DNA of 64,000 bases from Plasmodiophora brassicae (taxonomy: Eukaryota): NCBI GenBank assembly GCA_036867785.1, contig CP145415.1, forward strand, positions 372,001-436,000, written 5' to 3'. The translations under genes and the position numbers were made by a program. The notes beneath the pieces were generated by a model, which worked only from the letters and a program-made list of their open reading frames with translations, ran no database searches and had not been told where the DNA came from. This document shows, in pieces, positions 22,401-33,000 of the stretch (the stretch's first letter is position 1; each line of letters starts with the position of its first letter).

Positions 22401-24783
22401 TGATGTCGATGTGAGGCATCGGCCATGCAATGCGTTCGGTCTGTTTGTTGACGGCTTCATTGATGTCGACGGTCAGCCGATGGCCGCGAACCTCCGTGTC
22501 CTTCTTGTCGACGACCAGACACGGCGACGCGTACCTGCTGTGCGGATTGCGGTACACAAAATCGTTTTCCGCCAAGGTTCCTACGTGATCATCCATGAAT
22601 TTTTGATGTTCGAGGGTATACCTTCGTGTTCGGCAACGAACAGGACGAGCATCTGCTTTGAAGTGTAGTTTCAGTGGACTTACTTTCGCAGGTGGATCAC
22701 GGCCAAGCTTCGTTCGCCATATGTCTTTGTGTCGATTGACAGTTGTGCGTAGACGCGGGACTTGATCGTTAGGGAAACCGGAGTCAGTTGCACGTTGTAT
22801 CATCCGGTCTATTGCCCTGTCCACGTCTGTATCGGAGTGTTCTCCGATTTCGACATCATAGTCGTCACCCGGATCATTGGTGTCCAATTGGGGCTCATGA
22901 TCGCGAGTTGTTCCACTTACCTCCGGGTGTCTTACCGCTCTCATCGTGATCCCTTGACCACCTGGGGCGTGACGTTCCGGGGTCGGATCCGCTTCGATGA
23001 TGATAGGACCATTTGCCTCGATTAACATCTCCTTCAGTTGTGTAGCTGGATTGATACCCAACGCGTCCAGTTCCGGGGCTCCTAAAAGGACAATGTCATC
23101 AGATAGGTCTTCGCGACATACGTTGATTTCCCGCCCGCGTAGATGTGCAGGTTTGCCATGCGAAGGTGGGACAATGGTGATGTCCACGATCGCTGTGGCG
23201 ACAATTGTTGTCGTAGCCCCGATCGTTGCAAGTTTCGCCTCCGTTGGATGGTCGAACACTTTGACTGGGACATGCTGGATGGCTTGAATCCGTAGCAGTT
23301 GCGATTGCGAAATGACGGTCTTCGTCGCACCACTATCGGCTTCGAATGGAAGGTCGAGCGAGTTCTGGAAGCGAAGTCTCATAGGGGACGGTGTTGACGG
23401 CGACGGCGGGCCCATGCGCTTTGCCGTGTCTGCGTTGCCCTTACTCTCCTCCTTCTCTTTGCGCTCTTTCTGGAACTTTTCAATGGCAGCTTTGCGTTCT
23501 CCTTGAGTTGCCTTCGGGCACACTTGGACCCAGTGCTGCTCCTTGCAGATTAGGCAACCTGCCTTTGGAGGATCCTTACCTTCGAAACGTTTTCGGATGT
23601 GCTCGGGGATGTCCCTCGATTCGTCTTTCGTTTGCGATGTGGACGATTGAGCTGTCTTCAGTCCGATCGGATTTGTCGGATGCTTGCCGCCATTCCTATT
23701 CGGAGCAACAACGTCCTTACCTTTCTTACCTGCAGGTGGGGACATGGTCTGCGCTGGAGACTTCTTCTTCTCAGCTTGCAGCCGGAAGTGTTTGTCCTGC
23801 TCTTTGGCAAGACGGTCGACGAGGTCGAAGAATTTGAGCTCGTCCTTCTCAGCGTCCCTGCACCCTCCGAACTCGATCGCGCGTTCGACTAGAACCGCAA
23901 GGTCAGTGGGACGGATACCTCCGCGTAATACCTTGATCTTGCGCTTGGTTCCTTTCGTTCCTTTGGCGTATGTGTCTTGTAGCCCATAGTCGTCGATTAG
24001 CTCATCGAACTTGGCGAAGAAAGACGTGACACGTTCCTCAATACTCTTGATTGACAGGTTCATGACCACTGTCTTCGTGAGAAGCGCCTTGATGTCTGTC
24101 GAACTCTCGACATCAGCCTCCCTGCGTTGGACTGACCTCAAGTAGCTCATGATGTCGCCATCCGTGATCGTGCTGGCGGGTTGACGTAGGCGATATTTCG
24201 ACATCCCTCTGAGGACGTCCTCGGTAATGCATGACTTCACCGTTGGCGGATGAATATCCTCCTTGTAGATCAGTCGGCGCTCGTTAACGATCTCGACGTG
24301 TTTCCTATATTTCTTGAGGAAATCGTTAATTCCGTCCTTGGCCGTAAGGCTCAGGGTACGTAGGATGGGCGGTTTCAAAGGCATAAAGATCGGGCTCTTA
24401 CCGTGCAGGTTTGTTGACTGAAGCCCTCGATCGATTTCGTCATCTGTCGACGATTCATGCTCCTTGGCCTCGGCGTCGGAGTTGGTCCTGGCGTCGTCCT
24501 CCATCTGTAGACGAACGGGCGCTCTGCGGCCACCTCCTGCCATTAAGTGAGTTCGTTTGCTTGGGGCTCTTTGCGCAAGAAGCTTCTGTGCTAACGCCGC
24601 CGCTGCCCACTACGGGGGCGGTCGGTCGCAAGAGTCGGCGCCTGGTGATATAACGAACTGATGTATTTGGACAGGATCGTCACAGCAAGGGCCGCTGCGG
24701 GGTCGAGTACGGTCATGATCATGTGACCGGGTGGCAGCAGCATCTGAGCAGCATCATCTGAGTACTGGTACTCTGGATGAACA
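19448..24783 (-). mobile_element. Intact Ty3/gypsy chromodomain element D, inserted in the Sola transposase
   Basis: Identical 197-bp LTRs 19448-19644 and 24587-24783; TSD CACGG (19443-19447, 24784-24788); PPT-like AACACGGGGAG. Confidence 0.97.
19654..24543 (-). CDS. Gag-pol polyprotein of element D (1629 aa; Gag, zinc knuckle, PR, RT, RNase H, IN, chromodomain)
   Basis: CLICKEQHWVQVC; ADSGAT; FDAFKGYW; WIDD; FPDAS; FTDHRNL; H..GH...CLHC; HYDF, SDRGTHF, NGTVE; INWIGF..NSWEP. Confidence 0.97.
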   Translation of the reverse strand: MAGGGRRAPVRLQMEDDARTNSDAEAKEHESSTDDEIDRGLQSTNLHGKSPIFMPLKPPILRTLSLTAKDGINDFLKKYRKHVEIVNERRLIYKEDIHPPTVKSCITEDVLRGMSKYRLRQPASTITDGDIMSYLRSVQRREADVESSTDIKALLTKTVVMNLSIKSIEERVTSFFAKFDELIDDYGLQDTYAKGTKGTKRKIKVLRGGIRPTDLAVLVERAIEFGGCRDAEKDELKFFDLVDRLAKEQDKHFRLQAEKKKSPAQTMSPPAGKKGKDVVAPNRNGGKHPTNPIGLKTAQSSTSQTKDESRDIPEHIRKRFEGKDPPKAGCLICKEQHWVQVCPKATQGERKAAIEKFQKERKEKEESKGNADTAKRMGPPSPSTPSPMRLRFQNSLDLPFEADSGATKTVISQSQLLRIQAIQHVPVKVFDHPTEAKLATIGATTTIVATAIVDITIVPPSHGKPAHLRGREINVCREDLSDDIVLLGAPELDALGINPATQLKEMLIEANGPIIIEADPTPERHAPGGQGITMRAVRHPEVSGTTRDHEPQLDTNDPGDDYDVEIGEHSDTDVDRAIDRMIQRATDSGFPNDQVPRLRTTVNRHKDIWRTKLGRDPPAKVSPLKLHFKADARPVRCRTRRYTLEHQKFMDDHVGTLAENDFVYRNPHSRYASPCLVVDKKDTEVRGHRLTVDINEAVNKQTERIAWPMPHIDIILTYLRSATIFMLFDAFKGYWQFPLHPDSQEACSFMTHIATFTPRRIIQGIADCVFAFQAGMQQVLGKLLYICALLWIDDILGYVSGFGAYMDTLESLLNAFDEFGVKLNPDRCQLYLTSVTWCGRVISADGVSFDRSYLNALHDLSTPITAADLQQFLSGLNWVRSVIPQFAAHVHPLQDLLLSASRSVSSLKKSHLRRVRLADIGWTTDHLTSFNSLKHRLSEAMTLAHTKDEWIMCLFPDASDRFWSVFLSQIPPEDIDLPYGEQHHEPLSFISGTFRGSQLKWATIEKEAYAIIEGCYRLRHFISMSKLALRIFTDHRNLVFILNPASVARISRTTGDRLERWRLQIIDLDFHIEHIAGEDNVWADLATRWGVALQPLSSFSPPSFRSIRHMAINLDFDDYKMTDEFIWPSVDEISNAQTDYIRQHDLSAVSDILQLEGDMSLHLSPESGWRTPDNQLWVPSHALQLRIAVISHMGLSGHQLAASTISSIAQLFWWPDLDSFVRAFVDKCLHCLRNKDSMIPRPYGTAMHADKPNKVIHYDFLFLSKPRPGDSHQLRYVLVLKDDATAFVELIPCQFADHSVVAESLLDWFKRFGIVFQHVSDRGTHFKNAVIAELNSRLHCNHHFTTAYTPWANGTVEVVNKRLLFLLKSLLSELNLPFQDWPYVLPLINMTVNHTVRSSVGYAPVTMFTGLPPSTPISIIFNKRIDAVIDVPLTPDRLKEMTTELIDSLEDMHKAVARTRTHLRDLKQRARRRRRNVREINFTTGDYVLVANHGKHSKSEYNWTGPAQIIDTINDWVYRVRDLLTDRISDVHAQRLMFYADAHLNVTSSLKHNIALTGVAYQVNAVEDIRVNSTSGDTELLINWIGFDATDNSWEPYSVMAADVPDIVRAFLERQAEGDPLCSRLLADF

Positions 24784-27700
24784 CACGGCAATCAGGTCCT
24801 GAAGTTCACACCTGATATACGCGCGAAGGTGACCCAGTTCCTGGAGAATCTGCTCGACTCGGTGTCGAGGCCGAGCCACTACTTGCGGTACAAGGGCGAC
24901 GGTCCAGCTCGACGCTTCTTACCGGCAATGTATCACACCGACCGGTACATCTATGAGGAGTTCCTCATGGACCACCATGGCCCTGGTTATTTCCTTTTGG
25001 CCCCTGCCGAACGAGATGAGCCGATCGTGTCGCAGCGCCGGTTCGTTGACTTCTTGTGCTCCGACTACGGCTACCTGCAGAAAAATCGCCCCAAGACCGA
25101 CCAGTGCGAGTACTGCCTGTCGTGCGAGCTGATCCTAACGGCCAGACGGTCGAAATTGTCATTGCCGCATTTGCCAGAGGAGGAGCGCGCCAACTGTCAG
25201 GCCGACATGAACGCCACCGAGCGAGAGCTTGCTCAGCACCGCCACGACAAAGAGTACGCCTATACTGTGCTACGCCATGGCGATCTGGCGGTGCAGTCCG
25301 TCAAGCGAGACGTAATCTCGGGCGACTATCTGCTCGGTCGATCGCAGCGATACCTGACGCTTACGGTCGACTACGAGAAGAACCTCCAGATACCCAACCT
25401 GGTCACGAAGCGCGTTCGGTTCATCGACCAGTTCACGGCGAACGTATTCGGCGTGTACGATGGCGGCATGGACCGGCATCATGCATACGTTTACGGCGAG
25501 GATCATGGCGGCAAGACCGGTGCTGAAGTCCTGTCGCTTGTCGATCGGTACATCAGCGAGAATGCGTACCCGGCAGCGAACCTGATCCTGTTCGCCGACA
25601 ACTGTAACCAGACGAAGAACCAGTTCGTTGTCGGGTGGGCGCATGAGCGCACGTGGCGTGGCGGTGCACACTTCATGTTCGACCGAATTGATTTCAAATG
25701 GTTGATCAAGGGCCACACGTTCTTGCCCAACGACCGTTTCTTCTCGAAGATCGACACGGCGTTCAAGCACAACCACGTGTTCTCACCAGATCAGCTTCCC
25801 GACCTGATCCGAAACGCCTTTACGGACGGCAACAAGCCGGGCGTCGACACGGCGACGTTCGACGGCATGCTCGACTGGAAATCGTTTGCCGAGTCGATTT
25901 ATTCGGTTGTTGGCCGGACCATTCTGGGAGAGCGTGGCGTTAAGTTCAACATCTCGGAATGCCAGTGGATTAGTCTGGGAACTACAGACGGCGTGTACCA
26001 TCCCGGCGAGCTGTACTTTAAGTACACTCTGGACGCGGCAACGCCATGGCGCAAAGTCAAGATCTTGAAGACGAACAGCGTTCGGCCGGCGGCGCCGTTG
26101 CCGCTCTACACGCAACCGCGGGTCGTCGACCCGGTGAAGCAAGATTCACTACACACACTTAGCCAGTATGTGCCGGAGCAATTTCGACATCTGCCAATGT
26201 ACAAGGCGGCGGACGTGGTAGCGCTTCAAGCGGCGCAAGCCGCCGTCAAGGCCAAACGAGCCGCCCGGTCCAACAGAGATGGCTAATCCACGTCTCACGT
26301 TTGATGAACAAGTCGGGAGACCGTTCCGCACGTACTGGCTCTGTGTGTGCAGTAGAATTCTGCTTAATTGGGACCATGACGACCGGCGAGACGACCTGAA
26401 CCTTCAAACGCTTTTTTCTCGGCCACGGTTGAAAAGCAGTTTGCCGCGTTTTTGCCCGGAGCGGCAGAATTGGATTCGTTCAATTTTGAAATCGAACACA
26501 TTTCTGGAGACGAGAATGTCTGGGCGGACCTTGCAACACGATGGGGAGCGAATGTCGAACCCGAGTCTTGTGCTCAGACCATATCTGCTCGTGCCCTACG
26601 TTTTACTCACAAAGCTGTACGTTTTGACGACTACCGTATTCATGACGAGTTCGTCTGGCCTACTGTTTCTGAAATTGCTCAGTCTCAATCTGAATATTGT
26701 ATTGCACATGGAATTGAACCTGATGCATCCATGCTCACCTTGGAAGGAACGTCGACTATCGTGCGACGAAATTCTGATCGTCTGTTTTCTACATCTGATT
26801 CTCAGATTTGGATCCCAAATGAATCGTTGATTCTCAGGATCATGATCATTGCTCATATGGGATTATCCGGACACCTTGTCGAATCGGCAACCTTGGCTAC
26901 GATTCTCTCTCACTTTTGGTGGCCTGGAATTGACAAGTCTGTTGCAGAATTTGTTAGTCGATGTTTGCATTGTCTTCGAAATCGACATGGAACTGCTGTA
27001 CCGCGTCCATTTGGATATGCTTTGCATGGTTCGAAACCGAACGCTGTCTTGCATTATGATTTTCTGTTTATCGAGAAACCGCGAGCATCTTGCCATCATG
27101 CACTCCGGTATGTTCTTGTACTGAAAGACGACTTCTCGGGATTTGTTGAACTTGTCCCTTCTGAATCTGCTGATCACTTTGTTGTTGTTGATAGTCTTTT
27201 GAATTGGTTCAAACGTTTTGGTATTGTGTATCAACACGTATCGGATCAAGGCTCTCATTTTATGAATCAAGTGGTGAATGATTTGCTACAACGACTTCAC
27301 ATTGCACACCACTTCACTACTGCTTACACCCCTTGGGCGAACGGAACCGTCGAGATTGTCAATCGTCGCATTCTGTTTCTGATGAAGTCCCTCTTGTCTG
27401 AGTTTGGTTTAAATGTACAAGACTGGCCTGATTTGATTCCGGTGATTAACATGGTGCTCAATCATACGATTCGACCTCGCATCGGATATGCTCCTGTGAC
27501 GATTTTTACTGGTCTTGAACCAAGTACTTTGTTATCTACTATCTTTGTTACCCGTCTTGATGCTACCCTTGACCTGCCAATAACACCTGATCGATTACGT
27601 GAATCGACTGCTGACTTGATATCGGCTATGGACGACATGCACAAAGATGTTTCGCACCGTCTAGCCAAACAACGTCGCTTACGGCACGAATCGCGCAAGC

Positions 27701-28177
27701 ACCAGCGTAATGTGAAACCGATCAACTTCTCTATTGGTGATTATGTCCTGGTTGCTAAGCGTTCTACTGCGCGCAAGACTACGTATAATTGGACTGGTCC
27801 TTACCAAATCGTTGAAACTGTCAATCCACATGTCTACACTGTCCAAGACTTGATTACGAAAGATCTGTCTACCGTACATGCGCAACGTTTGAAATTCTAC
27901 CATGATTCATCTCTGAATGTCACTTCGGACCTGCTACACAATATTGCTTTGACTGGTAACACCTACGTGATTGAACAAATTGATGATATTCGAATCGATC
28001 CTGTATCTGGAGATGTCCAACTACACGTTCGTTGGCTAGGTTTTCAGGATGATGATGCCACATGGGAACCATTTGAAACCATCAAAGATGATACTCCTGA
28101 CATCGTCCGACAATTTCTGGCATCACGCTCTGACACATTGTCCTGCACCCTGTTGCACGATTTTTGAAACAGGGGAG

Positions 28178-28320
28178 TGTACTACAAAAGTAGTAGCTCT
28201 GACCGTATGCATGGGATCGTCCCACTGTACCTTTGAATAGACAGTTCTCTTATAAGGCGTCTAGCGTGCGTCCAGCGTGTCGGCAGTCGTGTGGACCGCT
28301 GACGGCGCACCGAAAGCACA
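28178..28320 (+). repeat. 3' LTR of gypsy C
   Basis: Direct repeat of 10081-10223, preceded by the PPT and followed by the TSD. Confidence 0.96.
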
Positions 28321-29735
28321 GTCATAGAGCAATTTGAGGGTGTAGGGTCTTATTGTGAAACATTTTTTGTGTGGCTTCAGTGCTTGGGGTCTTATCAGAA
28401 GCACACTTTATACGTGGAGTTATGTAGCGAAATAAACCCGAAGTTTGGTCCCGAATAACCCAAACAACTAGAAATGGCACATTTATTTGTCGCACAGGTA
28501 CGCACGATTCACAGGGACAACATGATATCCTCCGACGCCATTGGTTCTCCAAGCGGATCCTGGCCCCGAAAACCTATCGTGTGCAGTTGTTCGATACGAC
28601 CACGATGTGGCCGTCGGGCATAGGCTGCCCGTGTATGGACGCACGCGGTGCAGTAAAAGAGCCGGTGAGTAGCGGTTGGCCAATTCGGAGTCGAAAACCT
28701 TGACAAAGTCGCCTTCACGGAAACTGGTTATCCGGAGTTCATACGACTGGATGGGCGCTTCGTCATCTGACGAACTAGGGTCTTCGAGATAATAGTCGCC
28801 TTCAGAAAATCCGCCGACACTGCCGTCGCTGCTGGCGGATTCTGTCTCGTCGTCGAGGTTGATGACAAACGGGGACGTCGGGGATAAACCGGTAATTATC
28901 AAGGCCCTGGAACTTAATCCGGATTTAGCATGGAATAATCAACGTGAACGAAATACATACCCTGTTGCAACATATCAGTAACGTTTGGCGGAAACAATAC
29001 GATTTCACCCAAGAACTTCATCCAATCGACAAACACTGGTGCCTTATGGGCGTGAAGGCTGCCGTACAGCGGTCTTGGTGTCGATCCACCCGTTTCAATG
29101 CAAAGGAATTGAGTCGCCTGCCGCTTCTCGGCTGCCTGATCGAGACCAGTCTTTCCAGACGTAGCACTTGATGAAATACCTTTCAGTAAACGTCATTTGC
29201 TCAAGAAGAACGAATAAGTAACCACAACACATACTGTGAGTACGTAGCAGCACCAGGACGTAAAGGGTCGAACATGATGCGACTCGTGCGGTCTTGCTGA
29301 TCCCATTCACGTCTACGGTACAGTTATTAACGAACGTTCGTGGAAAAACTCGCTGACCTTCATTCGATTCATCGAGTTGAGTGTTGTAGCTGGCCGGACC
29401 CCTGTGTTGCCCGATCCCTTGTAGCGGGCGGTAAACCCTCGTTCGAAGGTGTGATAATATCATTCAGCAGCCCAGATAGCTCACCGAGCTCTTCCAGCAT
29501 CGATAACATTAGCACAGAGGCAGCACAATGAGCTTGCGCCGCGGTATCACCGCAGTCCCTGCAGCAATAAGCAGCAAAACGTTGTTTGGAAGTTTCTAAT
29601 AAGACCCCAAACCTCTAAATTCAGCCCTGTGTCTCTTAATAAGACCCCGAATATGCCTCGAAAACGGGGTTTGGGGTCACCGAATTCAGGGTTCGGGGCT
29701 TATTACAGGAAATCTTATTAGAAGCAAATACTGCA

Positions 29736-29861
29736 TTTTGTCCCCGTGATCCAGTATTTTGTCCCCGTGGTCCAAATATTTTGTCCCCGTGGTCCAAATA
29801 TTTTGTCCCGTGATCCAAATATTTTGTCCCTGTATAATCCAAATATTTCTTCCGGTGGTTG
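29736..29861. repeat. Five ~22-bp tandem repeats (TTTTGTCCCCGTGRTCCAAATA) plus terminus; right end of a TIR element related to 8737-9331
   Basis: The array ends TCTTCCGGTGGTTG|TA, versus TCTTCCCGTGGTGG|TA at 9331; no left end identified. Confidence 0.7.
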
Positions 29862-30034
29862 TATTCTCTGGCTGCCGCTCCACCGTCTACCTACACTTTT
29901 TACAAGACGGAAGCTCGGACTCGACAGTTAGATGGAGATTTTAAATTACGTCCTTGTGACATATTGGGCTTCGTTTCCATATTGCATGCACACTGTAATA
30001 CACAGTTAAACACTCTGTCCGTGTAGCTGCATTT

Positions 30035-33000
30035 TTATGATGGTTGAGGTGTTTGACCGCCTGCAGTCTGGAGCAGCTGGTCAGCGGAGACGACGTTCGG
30101 TTCAGGTAGAGGTTGACTTCCAGCCACTTGTCCATCAGTTGCGTCTCCTCTGCTGGACAACATGGATTTGATCGTTGCCCGGGATGTGCTGCGGCGGAAC
30201 GATGTCGCTAACGGCAGGATGGTCGCAGTCCGTTGTCTAAGCCGTGTTGACAGTTTCGAACGGCGCTGGCGCCAGGCGGCCGCCCGCACTCGTAGGGCTT
30301 GCTGAATGCGAATGAAAAGGCCTGGTGACATGGGCGCCTCCGCATCATGCGACAGTCCTGGCACGCCGCCTGGCGTACTGGGCAATTCGTTATCGTTTTC
30401 GCCAGCAACGCGCCCATCGTCAACCAGAGATACAGTCGACGATTCCGAGACATTGCGAAGCTTGCTGTCCGTATTGATCTTGCGGTACATGTCCACGAAT
30501 GTCGTCTGTCCACCAAGCAGCTTGACCATGCGCACCGTTCGAACGATAAACTGGATCTTGGGCCACCCAGACACGTTCATCTGCAGATAAGTGCATGAAT
30601 TGGTCAGACCTGCCGCACCTGCCCCGCCCAGTTTGACGTACCCTGGACAGTGCGTACTTCTGCATGGAGGCAGCGAAATCGGGGAAGTGCCGCAACAGGT
30701 GCTTGGTCTCGGATTTCCTCAGGACGAGCAACTCACAGTGCGTCACCGCCTGGATAGTGAACTGGCGCCGCGTGCTCTCCAATAGACATTTCTCGCCAAA
30801 GAACCCGCCCTCTGCCCATAGGCCGAGCGCCAATCAGACATTCGGCCCGGCGTGACAGGGAACCCGATCACGGGCCGTACCTTTGAGTATGACGCGGTTG
30901 CGACGTGTGCGCTCGGGGATCATGACCTCGACCCTGCCGCGTACGATGAAGAACATCTCGGTACCTGGCTCGCCCTTGAGACAAATGTACTCCTTGGGGA
31001 GGAACATCTTCAGGTGCAGGCGCTCGATGATCGACAGGATACAGTTGCGGGACAGGTTGCGGAACATGGGCACATTGTTGATCAACTTCTGGTTCAGGGC
31101 CAGGTCCAGACGGATTTTCAGCGCCGAATGCAGATCGTCGAGCAGTTCCACGCCATGCAACGTGTTATCGTACGCGTAGTCGTAGTAGTCGAGGATACGC
31201 GTCTGCAGGGTGCGATCGATATCACGCGCCTTCAGGAACTGGTAAATTCGCTCCAGTTTGGTGCGCTTCTCGACGCCTAATGCATCTAGGTTCTGCAGAG
31301 CCGTCGTCATCGACCCGATAATGAAGGCGTACATCATGCAGCCGATGCAGATCGAGCCGATCGTGAATGCTAACGATGGCACGGTGCGAGGGTTGATGTC
31401 CACGCCAACGCCCGTTGTCGAGCAGATCGCCCAGAAGTAGGCCTGGGGCCACGCGGGGACTCAGTCTGCTGACTAGAGTTGCAATGGCGTGCTCCAGTAC
31501 AGCATTACCTGCATGTATCGCGACCCAAACGGTGCCGTCAAGTAGTAGGGCGACGGCGCCCATCCGCCGTCGTCGAACCCGTCGTACTGGGCGATGACCC
31601 AGTAGCCGCACCCGATCCAGTGCCACATGATCAGCAGCATGAGGATGTACGTGATCAGGCGCTGCAACGCAGGATTGCTCTGGCTGACCTGTACTCAGCC
31701 AGTTCGACGCGTTAGCAATTTGACGCTGACCCAGGATGGAAGCGGTAAGCTCGAACCTGCGAGAAGCGCTTAAAGATGCGGGACACCTTCAGAACGCGCA
31801 CCATCTTGAAACCTCGCAGCAGGCGGATCAGTTTGTTGAACGAGGCCGTGAAGCCGATGTTCAGCGCGTCAAAGACGACGTCCATCGGCACCGTGGCGAC
31901 CAGGTCGATCCAGAACCATCGCTTGAGGTACGTCTTGGCGATGTAGAACATGCGGGTCTCGACCTGTCCCTTCTGATGCCCGTGCTCGATGCGGTACGCC
32001 GTGAAGAAGTTCAGGACGATATCCAGGCCGAACAGGGCATCGAACGCGTAGTCGAGGTAAATGTTGCTGACGTCGTTACCGAAGGCCTACCCGCGGCCAC
32101 GGCAGTCAGCGTTCCCGCGGTACCAAACACCGCTTCACGAACGTACGAGTTCGATCGGCGTCATGATGCCGTAGTAGATGACCAGGAGCATGATGAACAT
32201 GTCCCACCGCAGGCGCCACGAGTTCGACGGCAATATGATCCACCAGTTGGTAACGATCGCATCCGACGGGTCGTCGCCCGCATCCGCATCGACGACCGAT
32301 TCGTCATCGTGCTCATTGCCAAACGCGTTGGCGTCCGCATCCTGCCCGTCGACGTCGTCGTCGCCCACGTGTCGATACTCGATGACCCTGCTGTTCTTGC
32401 GCATGTGCTTGAACCGCAGGTCGACTTTGACCTGCCTGGCGACGTCGGCGGGCACGGACGAGGCCGGCTCACCGATGATCTCATGCCAGTACCGTCGCCT
32501 GAACGGGTTCATCCGCCCCGTGGCCATCTTGCGGCGCTCCTGGGCCAGTATCTTGGAGAACATCGTGGTCGCACGAGGATTCGCCGCTGCGTCCACCGCA
32601 TCGGCATCCTCCTCGACTGCCTGCGCCGGATCGTGCGCCCCCATCTTCTGGCACAGCGACCGCAACGACGCGGTGGCCCAGACGATCTGCCCCAGGCACT
32701 CGCGGTCATCGTCCTCCCGGCCCAGCTCAGTCTGCGACGCTGGCAGCGGGGCACCAGCAGCAGCAGCAGCAGCAGCAGCACCACCACCACCAGAAGCAGG
32801 AAGCGCCGAGGCAGGCACAGCAGCGGGGGGATGACCGGTGGGGACAGCGGCAGCGGAGGCGGGTCGGGCTGCCAGCTGCCGTTGACCAGGCGTCGTGGCC
32901 GATACCGCATGGGCAGCAGCACGCTTCGGCGTAGGCGGTATGGCGTTGGCAGCCGTGGCCGCCGCGGTCGACAGGCCACTGAGCTGGACGATGGCGGCCG

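Larger units (their letters stand above)
18951..26286 (+). pseudogene. Sola transposase split by gypsy D (18951-19447 + 24789-26286; ~664 aa if rejoined; an upstream in-frame ATG exists at 18864)
   Basis: Removing D and one CACGG copy gives the continuous frame ENRGKHG-NQVLKFTPDIRAKVTQFL with no stops. Confidence 0.88.
18551..26467 (+). mobile_element. Sola1-type DDD DNA transposon (element E), inserted at the end of the RNase H of C
   Basis: 36-bp TIRs CTGCGGCTCCGGGCAAAAACGCGGCAAACTGCTTTT (1 mismatch); TSD AATT (18547-18550, 26468-26471); transposase motifs RGKHGN, SHY, LTVDYEKN, FADNC..KNQ, KGHT...DRFF. Confidence 0.85.
10081..28320 (+). mobile_element. Ty3/gypsy chromodomain element C, interrupted by B and by the Sola element
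   Basis: 143-bp LTRs 10081-10223 and 28178-28320 (1 mismatch); TSD GTCAT (10076-10080, 28321-28325); PPT AACAGGGGAG; coding pieces 10322-10614, 15703-18550 and 26472-28167 rejoin (DIYPEA|MKNC; WRLQ|LDSFNF) and end in a chromodomain (VRWLGF..DATWEP). Confidence 0.96.
10028..29733. mobile_element. Non-autonomous CAGTA-ended (pogo/Tc1-mariner-like) element F, ~1.46 kb once nested insertions are removed
   Basis: 20-bp perfect TIR CAGTATTTGCTTCTAATAAG (10028-10047) and CTTATTAGAAGCAAATACTG (29714-29733); TA on left, CA on right; flanks GATCCAAATA + TTTTGTCCCC rejoin into one unit of the adjacent repeat array. Confidence 0.7.

Noticed and set aside
29736-29845. CRISPR-like repeat array
   Set aside because: The units are contiguous with no unique spacers, there are no cas genes, and the context is eukaryotic; it is a transposon subterminal array
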